Below, piece by piece: positions 52,799 through 64,000 of a stretch of DNA of 64,000 nt (the stretch's first letter is position 1; every line of letters begins with the position of its first letter). A program made the position numbers and the translations under genes. The stretch lies in the NCBI GenBank assembly GCA_036785375.1, contig JAWMAR010000007.1, positions 11,222,001 through 11,286,000 on the forward strand. Direction: 5' to 3'. The DNA is from Leucoraja ocellata. Its lineage: Eukaryota. The notes under the pieces are model-generated. The model did no database searches and had not been told where the DNA came from. It saw only the letters and a list, made by a program, of their open reading frames with translations.

Positions 52799-55273
52799 AA
52801 CTGTAGCACAGTGATTCAACTTCTATATTCAATACCTTGACTGAAGAAGGCCAATATATCAATAGCCTTGTTTACCATTTTTTTCGACCTTATCTCCTTG
52901 TGCCGCAACGTTCAGGGAACTATGAGCCTGTATTCCTCGATCCCTTTGGTCTATAACAAACCCCGGGGCTCGAACATTCACTGTGAAGGTTCTGCAACAC
53001 CTCACACCTCTCCATTACACTCTAGTAGCTATTCATCAGTCCACGTCCAGCTGATCAAGACCCTGCTGCAAGCTAACCACCGTCACCGTCTAGGACACCA
53101 CCCACTTTAGTGTCATCTTGGTTGAATTGTGGGAAGTTTTAGGCTGGAAACAGAATACATTGCATGAGCTTAACTGGGGCAGAGTGAAGGTGTTTATTCA
53201 ATGAAATGGAAGAATGATAGCAATTATCCCATGCAGGGAGATAACGTATGGGTAGCTATAGAAATGGATGAGGCAGCCAGTAATGAGGAAAAGAACAGCA
53301 ATATAAAAGAAGACATTAATAAGCTTCTACATTCAGAAGCACAATACTGTTAATGTGAGAGGGGAAACTAGGTAGTCCAACATAGACAAGTGTAAGATGG
53401 ACACAAAATGCTGGAGAAACTCAATGGGATTGGCAGCATCTCTGGAGAGAAGGATTGGGTGAAGTTTCGGGTCAAGACTGTCACTAATTTCTTCTCTCCA
53501 GAGGCTTGTCCTGCTGAGTTACTCCAGCATTTTGTATCTACCTTCGGTTTAAACCAGAATCTGCAGTTCCTACCTGCACATAGATAAGTGTAAGGTCATT
53601 CACTCTGGCCAGAGATAAAAACAAAGTTAGAAAACAATAATAAAGATGTGTGAAAGAAGCATGCAGGGCCAATGGGCTTTGGTGGACCTATGTGGCTTTG
53701 TCTGCATTCGATCTCTATGACCCCATGATCATTTGAGGATAGTGGATTTGTAATTCAACAACTTTTCCTCATCCTTCGTCCAATTCCATTGTACCCTTAT
53801 CCTTCCCCTGTAGGAGAAGAAAAACAAGTGGTTCTATTGAGAACCAATTCCTGGAAGTTTTTCCTTTCCCTAAAGCTCCTTTGGAAATTTCATTGACTGA
53901 TGATGATGATGATGAGGAGGAAGCTCTTCATGATGAATGTTGGGTGCTACTTGCTACACAGTTTGGCCTTCAATGGAGGTTGTGACCCAGAAAGATGATG
54001 TCAAGAGTGCGCACAAGAGGAAGGGGTCACAAGGTGATAGAGGCTGAGCAACCTCACTGGGAGATTTTGTGGACATTCAGAATCGAAAACAAAACATTCT
54101 CTTGTAAGGACTGATCCATTGCCACGATTGTGTTCCCTCCACCATCATCCCTGAACCGTGAAATTGAACATTAGCAAACATGTCGTGTAGAACAAATTGT
54201 TTCTATCCTTGATTATCCGTGATTATCTGATCTACACACCACCTGCACATTAACCAGTGATATGACTCCCTGTAAAATCTGCAAATCTGGTCTCCATTTC
54301 TGGAAAATCCCATATTTCCCCGAAAGTAAGCCAGGCTCTTGAAGGTCTTTGACCATTAGTTTCTAGAGAGGATGGTAAAAGAAGGAACAGTGTGCTACTG
54401 TACCATCCGATTGTAAGAAGATAATAGAAATCCTCTGCAAATCTCCACTTTTACTGTTCCTTTAAAAGTAACAATACTTTCTAAAATATTGCATATTGAT
54501 TAACATGAGTCTTACATTAAGAGATATCAGGACAGTACTTGAAAGTATAGAGAGCATAGATGGAAATTGTATTAATGCTGGCTAGTGAGATTAATATCAG
54601 TGGACATAATGGTCGGCAGAGACACAGTGATGCTGTACATCTCACTACCGTATTTAGATTCAGGACGTTTGATTTATCAGTGTGCCAGAAATCTAAATGT
54701 TAATGCTTAATTCAAATATGCCATAATTTATTGGAACGAGTTTAACCCAACGAAACTCAAACAGGTGCATACATTGCCATTATTATCATACACGTCAATG
54801 TTATTTTATCAAGTTAAGCACAGGTGACATATATAAGGATATGCCCCATTGTAATGTAGTGGTCTGCATGGTTTGCTTGTCAAAGATGGTAAAAGTCTTC
54901 AGGATATAGTGGACAGATAACAGAAATATACTGTATATACACATGGAATGATATATGTTGCTAGTATGAATGAAACAAGACATACGTTGCAGCCTGGTGT
55001 CTCAACATTAAAATGGGTCATATCTGTTATATTTCAGGACAATTATTCCTCAGTGTATATCCAAATGCTTAATTCCAGTATGCTGTGGAGGTGCCTCAGG
55101 AAGTGAGTTTAGAAATATAAACACCAGCACTTTAATCAAAGAAAAGCATGCAGTAGTTCTGCTTGGTTAAAATGCCTAAGATTCAAGGCATTGGACAAAT
55201 TTCAAAAGTCATTCTGAAAAGGGACAAAAGTTAATGAAAGACTGTGATGGTGACAGTGAATGGGCAAAACCAC

Positions 55274-55281
55274 TATAAAAA
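55274..55281 (+). promoter_or_regulatory. Candidate TATA box for the relaxin-like gene
   Basis: TATAAAAA about 210 nt upstream of the ATG in non-repeat sequence. Another TATAAA lies near 55117. Confidence 0.3.
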
Positions 55282-55484
55282 TGTTATACATATAAGTCAG
55301 GGACAGAAAAGATGTAAGAGGATAATTAAAATCGTTCGAGTAGACTGACCAAGTGGGAGCTGAGGCAGGAACAGAGATTGAGGTTAGCTTGAGGACAGAT
55401 TGAGAAGAGGGCCGCATTAGAGAGAGGGCTAGTCAACCCCCAGTGCACACACAGAGTGGATGAAGCTGACCACCGTGTGTCAAA

Positions 55485-55647
55485 ATGAGATGCCTGCTCT
55501 CCATCCTGGCCATTGGGCTGCTAATGCCCTCTCCCTCGCACACAGAAAGGGGAGAAGATGAATTGATAAAACTTTGCGAGCCAGACTATGTCATAAAACT
55601 CATTGAACTCTGCCAGAAGTTGAAACCTGACATTAACCATTTGGAGG
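55485..55647 (+). CDS. Divergent insulin/relaxin-family prepropeptide, first coding exon (signal peptide + B chain + start of C peptide)
   Basis: caaaATG start, hydrophobic leader MRCLLSILAIGLLMPSPS, then DELIKLCEPDYVIKLIELC (C-x11-C; compare relaxin EEVIKLCGRELVRAQIAIC). Phase-1 donor G|GTGAGT shortly after the B chain, as in insulin/relaxin genes. Confidence 0.72.
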
Positions 55648-57479
55648 GTGAGTACAGATATCCCTTCCATTTACCATTGGTGTAGGTGCCATTAACTGTG
55701 AGTTATGATGTGATTTAAGTGATAACTGGATTGTGAAAGAAGTGTTCACACTTACTTTGTTTTGATTCTGCAAATGAAGGTTGTGCAGGCCGAGCCAATT
55801 GATATTTTTAATGTAGAACTAGATAGATTCTTGATTAATACAGGTGTCAGTGGTTATGGGGAGAAGGCAGGAGAATGGGGTAAAGAGGGAAAGATAGTTC
55901 AGCCATGATTGAATGGTGAAGTGGACGATGTGCCGAATGGCCTAATTCTTCTCCTATCATTTATAAATCTATATGGGGCCCTTGAAAAACTCATCAGTGA
56001 ACTATCTGGATTTGACCTGTAGTCTCTGGTAGTTTAAGAAAGTGATCTGGGTGCCAGAAACTTTGGAGTAAAATCTGGGTGATCGGAAAGAAAAAGACCA
56101 TTTGGTCCTAGTCCTGGCACACGGAACTATTAACACCACATAGTGATATTATGCATATATTTGCACTATATTCTGCACGCTGGTATTTTTCACATTACAT
56201 TACCTGTTGTACTCCTCTAAGGTTTGATTGCACTCACGTATGGTATGATTCGCCTAATATATTTCTATAATCTGACCATTGCATCCTGAGGACATTTACC
56301 ATGTATGGTATGATTTGACTGAAACAAAGATTATTATCACTGATCTTGGTGCATGTGATAATAATAGTCTAATATCAATACCAATACATTTCTCCAAACA
56401 ATGTTGAGACTTGTTTCATAAAAGCAGCCAAGTTACAGTTTCTCTGCTAACCAATTCAATTGAAATTAATGGAATGGATAGCTATTTGTTTTCTAACTCT
56501 TTGTCCTTCTCCTTTGGCAGAATCCCCTCCCTTTCACTGTAATGTTCTGCAGTCAATTCTGACCTATTTACTCATCACCCAATGTGTTTTGCGGTGACCC
56601 CACTCCTTTTGCCACATGTTGGTCCAAAATGTAATCGTTATGAACTGGCCAAGAGGAAAAACAGTTGTAGGTAAAGATAACGGCACCCGTTCTTAGACCA
56701 TCAAATATAGAACAGTATAGCACTGTACAACTCCTCCCCCTTCTGTCATGGGGTAGACCGAGACTGACTCCCCCCACCCGCCCCTCCAAATACTTGGCCA
56801 TCCACAATCCTTTCCACTCATCCCTTTAATTTCATGTTTCATGTATTTTATGTTTTTATGACTGTTGGCAGATCAATTTCACCTGGGATAAATAAAGTTC
56901 TATCGTATTATATCTTATCGTAGGAACAGGTCCTGAGGCATACAATTAACATGTTGTGCCCGACATGATGCCAAGCTAAATTAATATCCCTCCATTCCCT
57001 GCATATTCATGTGACTATTTAAAAGCCTCTTAAACACCACTATCATATCTACCTCCACCATTACCCCAAGCAGCATGTCCAAGCACCAACTACCTTCTGT
57101 GTAAAATCACTTGCCCTGCACATCTTCTTCAATCAATGCCCCTCTCACTTTAAAGCTATGCCCTCAGGTCTTTGCCATTTCCATCCTGAGAAAACGGTTC
57201 TGACTGTCTTCTTATTCCCGTCTTGCATCACTGGGCTCCATTCTTCAACTTGCCCTCCTCAACGTTTATATTTCCATTATCTTCTCAAAAGTAATGAACA
57301 TGGTGGGGCGGAGGGAACGAGGTAATAGTAGCGTGAAGAAATTGGTTCATTGATGAATGTAAAATTTGCAAATGGCACACTGCCCCAATTTCCCTTGAAA
57401 ACCATGGCTCTTTCCAAGTAATAATTGGAACGAGCCATGGTTTTCAAAGGAAATTGGACACGGTTCAGAAAAATAGAGA

Positions 57480-59345
57480 GATCTACAATAATTATAGGCA
57501 GCATGGAGTAAATGAAGTGCTTGAGGAGTATAAATAATGCAAAAAGAATCTTAAGAAATAAATTAGACAAGGTAAAAGAAGATATGAGGTTGCTTTGGCA
57601 AGTAAGGTGAAAGTAAATCCAAAGGGTTTCTACAGCTATATTAATAGAAAAAGGATAATGAGTTATAAAATTGGTCCATTAGAGAGTCAGAGTGGACAAC
57701 TATCTGCAGAGCCAAAAGAGATGGGGGAGATATTGAATAATTTATTTTCTTCGGTATTCACCAAAGAGAAGGATATTGAATTACGTGAGGTAAGGGAAAC
57801 AAGTAGCTATAGAAATTATGAGATTCAAAGAAGAGGAAGTATAGACACTTTTGAAAAATATAAAAGTGGTTAAGTCTCCAGGTCCTGACAGGATATTCCC
57901 TAGTACATTGAGGGAAGTTAGTGTAGAAATAGCAGGGGCTATGACAGAAATCTTTCAAATGTCATTAGAAACGGGAATGGTGCCGGAGGATTGGCATACT
58001 GCACATGTTGTACCATTGTTTAAAAAGGATTCTAAGAGTAAACCTAGCAATTGTAGACCTGTTAGTTTGACATCAGTGGTGGGCAAATTAATGGAAAGGA
58101 TACTTAGAGATAACATATTTAAGCACCTGGATAAACAGGGTCTGATTAGGAACAGTCAACATGGAAGGTCATGTTTGACTAATCTTCTTGAATTTTTTGA
58201 AGAGGTTACTAATGAAATTGATGAGGGTAAAGCGGTGGATGTTGTATATATGGACTTCAGTAAGGCCTTTGCCAAGGTTCCACATGGAAGGTTGGTTAGG
58301 AAGGTTCAATTGTTGGGTATTAATGGTGTAGCAAGATGGATTCAACAGTGGCTGAATGTGAGGTGCCAGAGAGTAATGGTGGATGGCTGTTTGTCAGGTT
58401 GGAGGCCGGTGACTAGTGGGGTGCCTCAGGGATCTGTGTTGGGTCCACTGTTGTTTGTCATATACTTCAATGATCTGGATTATGGTGTGGTAAATTGGAT
58501 TAGTAAGTATGCAGATGATACTAAGATAGGTGGTGTTGTGGATAATGAAGTAGATTTTCAATGTCTACAGAGATATTTAGGCCATTTGGAAGAGTGGGCT
58601 GAAAGATGGCAGATGGAGTTTAATGCTGGTAAGTGTGAGGTGCTACATCTTGGCAGGGCAAATCAAAATAGGACATGCATGGTAATTGGTAGCGAATTGA
58701 GGAATGCAGTTGAACGGAGGGATCTAGGAATTAATGTGCATAGTTTCCTGAAGGTGGAATCTCATGTAGATAGGGTGGTAAAGAAAGCTTTTGGTGTGCT
58801 GGCCTTTATAAATCAGAGTATTGAGTATAGAAGTTGGGATGTAATGTTAAAATTGTATGAGGCATTGGTGAGGCCAATCCTGGAGTATGCTGTACAATTT
58901 TGGTCGCTCAATTATAGGAAAGATGTCAACAAAATAGAGAGAGTACAAAGGAGATTTACTAGAATGTTGCCTGGGTTTCAGCAACTAAGTTACAGAGAAA
59001 GGTTGAACAAGTTAGGTCTTTATTCTTTGGAGCGCAGAAGGTTAAGGGGGGACTTGATTGAGGTCTTCAAAATGATGCGAGGGATAGACAGAGTTGACGT
59101 GGATAAGCTTTCTCCATTGAGAGTAGGGAAGATTCAAACAAGAGGACATGATTTGAGAATTAAGGGACAGAAGTTTAGGGGTAACATGAGGGGGAACTTC
59201 TTTACTCAGAAAGTGGTAGCTGTGTGGAATGAGCTTCCAGTGGAAGTGGTGGAGGCAGGTTTGATTTTATCATTTAAAAATAAATTGGATAGGTATATGG
59301 ACAGGAAAGGAATGGAGGGTTATGGTCTGAGTGCAGGTAGATGAG
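57480..59345 (+). mobile_element. CR1 LINE with a long open RT frame (ORF 57851-59344)
   Basis: KSPGPD, RPVSLTS, YMDFSKAF, SGVPQGSVLGP, YADD and the CR1 C-terminus. Confidence 0.93.
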
Positions 59346-61192
59346 ACTCAGGTAGGGGAGAAGAAACGATCACTGTTCGACCTGCAGTTTGACATGCACA
59401 TTGTGCGAGTGGCTTCAAGAGCTGAGATTAGCTGCAGTCGTAACCACTGGTGGGAGACAGTTTCCCAGATTGGAAAGTCAACTGGAAGCCACCGCAAAGC
59501 AGGAAAGAGAATGGGCCCACCAATTTCCCGGTGAGGAAGTTTGTGTATTGGTGGATGAGGTGGAGAGGAGGAGTGAGTGTCCTGGTCTGTGTCGAGACTA
59601 AAGATGCAGCGGTATTAACATTGATTTCCTTCACTTCAAGTATTCCATCTCTTACCTCCTGCCCACCTAAGTTGTCCAACTACTGTTCACATCCTTGCAT
59701 CCCATTGTCATCACCTCTACCCCAGCCCACTATGGATGAATATTGGCTCCACCTTTCCTTGGTCATCAGTTGCCGGCTCTGCTTTTGTTCTGCCGTTTTC
59801 TTACCTCCGGTTCCCTCCACTCTACTTTCAGTCTGAAGAAGGGTCCCGACCTGAAACGTCACCCATCGTTTTTCTCCAGAGATGCTGCCTGACCTGCTAC
59901 TCCAGCACTCTGTATCTATCTTTGGTGTAAATCAGCATCTGCAGATCCTTTCTACACTAGAAAGATGCTTACGTTCATCAGCAAATGCCAATGGAGGCCA
60001 GTGTCCCAAAAGTAGTGCAGCTAGAAACTAAACAGTTTAGTTTAGTTTAGTTTAGTTTAGTTTAGTTTGGTTTAGTTTAGTTTAGTTTTGTTTAGTTTAA
60101 TTTAGTTTAGTTTAGTTTAGAGATCCAGTGTGGAAACAGGCCCTTCAGCTCACCGGTTCCGCACCAACCTGTACACTAATTCTATCCTACACATTAGGGA
60201 CAATTTATAGAGACCAATTGACCTACAAACCTGCACGCCTTTGGAATGTGGGAGGAAACCGGAGCACCCGGGAGAAAACCCAGGCGGTCATAGGGAGAAC
60301 ATACAAACTCCGTACAGACAGCATCTGTAGTCAGGATCAAACCCCGGTCTCTAATGCTGTCCTGTACTAGTCTATGTTATATGTGCATTGCTTCACTAGC
60401 ACATTTCCACCCCTGTCATTCTTAACAATGACTTCCAAGACTCATGATCACTGCCAAGAATTCAATAGCCTTACAACATCTTCTCAATTCACCATCTCTG
60501 CAGCTGTTCCAACAGGGCTCTCAGCTTGCATGCACTGCCTGCTATTTAACAATGATACCGCATCGTCTAGACACCTGACAAGACACACAATATGGCACCT
60601 TTCTTTCTCTTTCAGGAAACAGCCAGCAAGAACTGCAACATAACAACAAATGGGCCATCTCAATTGGTTCAGTGTTACTGAGTACAGACCTGGGCATTAC
60701 AGATCAAGGTGCCACAGAGTTGACACGTGGCCTTATGGTGACAATATGATTATTGAAGAAGATAGTCATGTCATAAGGTCATAAGTGATAGGACAGAATT
60801 AGACCATTCGGTCCATCAAGACTACTCTGCCATTCAATCTCCAGCTGATCTATCTCTCCCTCCGAATCCCATTCTCCTGCCTTCTCCCCATAACCTCTGA
60901 CACCCATACTAATCAAGAATCTATCTATCTCTGTGTTAAAAATATCCATTGACTTGGCCTCCACAGCCTTCTGTGGCAAATAATTCCACAGATTCACCAC
61001 CCCCTGACTAAATAAATTCCTCCTCATCTCCTTCTTAAAGGAATGTCCTTTAATTCTGAGGCTATGATCTCTTGTCCTAGACTCTCCCACTACTGGAAAC
61101 ATCCTCTCCACATCCATTCTATCCTGGCCTTTCACTATTGACTATTTAGTACAAGCCTTGTACTAAAATAGTATATTCATGCCTAATCTATC

Positions 61193-61496
61193 CGTGTGCG
61201 GACGTGGCGCTGATGGACGAGAGGCCGAAGCAAAGAAATAGGGTACGTGGCGTTTCGACAGAGCGGGCCATTCGGTAAGTTTGCTTTTAGGCAACGCAGC
61301 TTTTCAGTTCGTTGGCTTTTAGGCGTCCCACCCTTTTGGTTAGTTTGCATTTTGGCACCCCATCCTTTCGGTTAGTAGGCGTTTTGTCTTCATAATCTTT
61401 CGGTTTATTGGTGTTTCGGCCTCAATTCCATTCAGTTCTTTGGCTTCGACTTCTTTGCTTTGGCCTCTCGTCCGTCGGCGCCACATCCGGGTACCG
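61193..61496. mobile_element. MITE with about 40-bp TIRs and internal ttcgg-type subrepeats
   Basis: cggacgtggcgctgatggacgagaggccgaagcaaagaa versus ttctttgctttggcctctcgtccgtcggcgccacatccg, flanked by the direct repeat atctatc. Confidence 0.7.
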
Positions 61497-62396
61497 ATCT
61501 ATCTTCCTGCAACTTACTTTACCCTTGCTCTTACAATCCCTTCTGATTTACAAGTTGCAGCAGGATTAAGCATGATCCCCTCTTTATCAAACTACCTTTC
61601 TCCTTTCAGAGAGCTAAGATCTTCCAACGTAACAGGCCTGGACATTGAACAAGGAAGTGGGGAATGCTGGTGGGCCATGATCCCATGATGTGATCTGCCA
61701 TTAGTAGCCGCCAGTTCAGATATTCCCACTTGGTGAAGTGAAGAAGGTAGTTGTTCAGTACGATGCGCACAAGGCGTGTAACTGGACATGAATGGGGGGT
61801 AAAGGAGCTCAGGTGCTGGAGGGTAAAGTTGTGTATGCAAGAGAATAAGTTTGTAAGTTCATAAGTGATGGGAGCAGAATCAGCCCATTCGACCCATCGA
61901 GTCTCTCCACCATTCAATCATGGCTAATGATTGGTGGTGAATCTGTGGAATTCCTTGCTGCAGAAGGCTGTGGAGGCCAAGTCAGTGGATATATTTAAGG
62001 CAGAGATGGATAGATTCATGGTTAGTACGGGTGTCAGAGGTTATGGGGAGAAGGCAGGAGAATGGGGTTAGGAGGGAGAGATAGATCAGCCATGATTGAA
62101 TGGCGGAGTAGACTTGATGAGCTGAATAGCCTAATTCTACTCCTATCACTTCTGATCTTCTGATCTATCTTTCCCTCTCAACCCCATTCTCCTGCCTTCT
62201 CCCCATAACCCCATGTCATTGAAGTAGTCATCAGAAAAAGGCAGATAATTCCTCGTGGTGAGATGGTTGGTGCATTAGGAAGCAGACCTGAAAGCATGCA
62301 TGAAATGTGCAGCACAGAGGAAAGACCCTGTGCTTTCTGCAGGAAATGGACTTCCATCTTTCTGTGATGGAAGAGGTCATAGAATGATAGAGTGAT

Positions 62397-62678
62397 AAGG
62401 CCCTGTCCCACGTGGCGACTTTTTCAGCGACTGCCGGCGCCATATCAGCCAAAAGGTTTCTGTAATTTCAAAATCCAGCGGCGACAAAAAAGTGTCGCGA
62501 CACTTGAAAAAACACCGTGGGTCATACGTCATCATGCCGCGTCACCGCCGCATTAAACCGCATCACCACCGCATCACGTCGCAAATTTTTCGGTAACCTG
62601 ATACGTCAGTCAATCAGTTCGGTGACCTGATACGTCAGTTTCCAGCAGTCAGCGAAAAAATTGCCAAGTGGGACAGGG
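62397..62678. mobile_element. Harbinger-like MITE related to 24630-25294
   Basis: Ends aaggccctgtcccac...gtgggacaggg with a CpG-rich interior. Confidence 0.65.
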
Positions 62679-63104
62679 TAGAAACAGACCCTTCAGCTCA
62701 ACTTGCCCACACCGGCCAATGTGTCCCAGCTATATTAGTCCCACATGCCCGCGTTTGGTCCATATCCCTCCAAACCTGTCCGATTCATGTACCTGTCTAA
62801 CTGTTTCTTAAACATTGGAATAGTCCCTGCCTCAACTACCTCCTCTGGCATCTTGTTCCATACACCCACTGCCCTTTGTGTGAAAATCATGGCTCACTTC
62901 CCTTCAAATCCTGCAGCCTCCACAGGTGCCCTGATACGGATCTTGTCTCAAAACATGTGCCATCCCTCTGTCTCCACTGTTGCTGACTGACCCATTGAGT
63001 TGTTCCAACAAAAGAAAACTGCTGGAGGAACGCAGTGTTCAGATACTATCTGTGGAGGGAAATGGACAGAAATCTTGTTTTGTTTGGTGCAATGTCTGGC
63101 CTTT

Positions 63105-63975
63105 TAAAAAAATTCAAAAATAAACTATATTCATAAAAATACCTGTTCAAGAAATGCAAAGCAGTGCATGGCTTTCTTTACATTAATACTGTCATTCAAT
63201 CTATACATTCCTGGTGTCATAAGAACAAAATGCTGGAGTAACTCAGTGAGTCAGGCAGCACCTCTGGAGAAAAGGAGTTAGATGAAGGGTCTTGACCCAA
63301 AACGTCACCCATTCCTTTTCTCCAGAGAGGCCACCAGTTCTGATGAGTTACTCCAGCATTTTGTGTCTATCTTTGGTGTAAACCTGCATCTCCGGTTCCT
63401 TCCTACATGTTCCTGGTGTAATTTCTTGTACATTTCTTGCACAGATGCCATTCAGGTGACCTCAATGAACAGTACACCATTTTAGTGCTTATCACACAAC
63501 ACCCAACCCCTCAGTGTCCAGTAGTGGCAGAATGCTAGGCTGCAGTCCATCCCCACAGGGCCTTTGAATTGGCTGCACCAAGTTTCAGTGAATCTCTCGG
63601 CATGTACACCTGCAGCCCAGAAGGTGCCAGTTGGCAGCATTCCCATAGGGATATCTCTTTCTACTGGAAGGTCAAAACTGTTTCTGGCAGACTGAAGTGC
63701 ATCTTTCACTGAGCTGATGATCTTGCAGCTGCATTTACTGCCTAGTCTTGGCACAGCCCGTTGATCAGGGAGCCCAGCGTTATGCACCTTCTCGGGATGA
63801 ACCTCAACAAACACCCTTGGAGGGTGTTTCCAGGTGTTCTTTGCAAACAAACCATCCACAAAGAGGTGGGCATTCAGCTTGTCCTCATTGTGACCATACT
63901 GAAGGCAATGGCAATGGCGATCAGACAATCCGCTAGATTGTTTTGACAGCCTGCTCAGGAACCATCCCTGAAGAT
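63105..63975 (-). mobile_element. Tx1/L1-clade 3' remnant
   Basis: ORF 63482-63979 contains a zf-RVT-like ED...HLF...FAKNTW segment, followed by a T-rich 3' end. Confidence 0.5.
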
Positions 63976-64000
63976 CCATGTGGGAAGGAACTACAGATGT

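Noticed and set aside
56612-56674. PHVGPKCNRYELAKRKNSC as a degenerate A chain
   Set aside because: Wrong frame relative to the acceptor, no CC pair and wrong spacing; probably chance.
60616-60750. Acceptor ctttctttctctttcag as relaxin exon 2
   Set aside because: The phase-1 translation has no cysteines or dibasic site before its stop.

Overview
This is repeat-rich vertebrate genomic DNA. The repeat complement (CR1/HER1-like LINEs, HE1-like tRNA SINEs, fold-back repeats) points to an elasmobranch, probably a skate or ray (inference). Most short ORFs in the supplied track are retroelement debris. Two host genes were reconstructed by reading splice sites by hand. (1) A complete 11-exon minus-strand gene (CDS 44115->9625, 2286 nt, about 761 aa, all introns phase 1) encodes a Siglec-15-like receptor of unusual architecture: leader, one Siglec-15-type V domain with the sialic-acid-binding Arg, three tandemly duplicated Arg-less V domains, C2+TM without the DAP12-binding Lys, and a tail with four ITIM/ITSM-like tyrosine motifs. 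One tail exon appears to have been split by an L2 insertion and rescued by a cryptic in-frame acceptor. (2) On the plus strand (55485-55647) is the first coding exon of a divergent insulin/relaxin-family prepropeptide (signal peptide plus B chain with C-x11-C), lacking both conserved glycines and the RxxxRxxI receptor cassette. No A-chain exon was found in the window. Mobile elements include a full-length but decayed DIRS1 tyrosine-recombinase retroelement, a three-level CR1>L1>Rex1 nest, Harbinger-like and other MITEs, and a candidate solo LTR. There is also a 20-bp minisatellite and a 200-N assembly gap. All family assignments come from recognising motifs, not from database searches.
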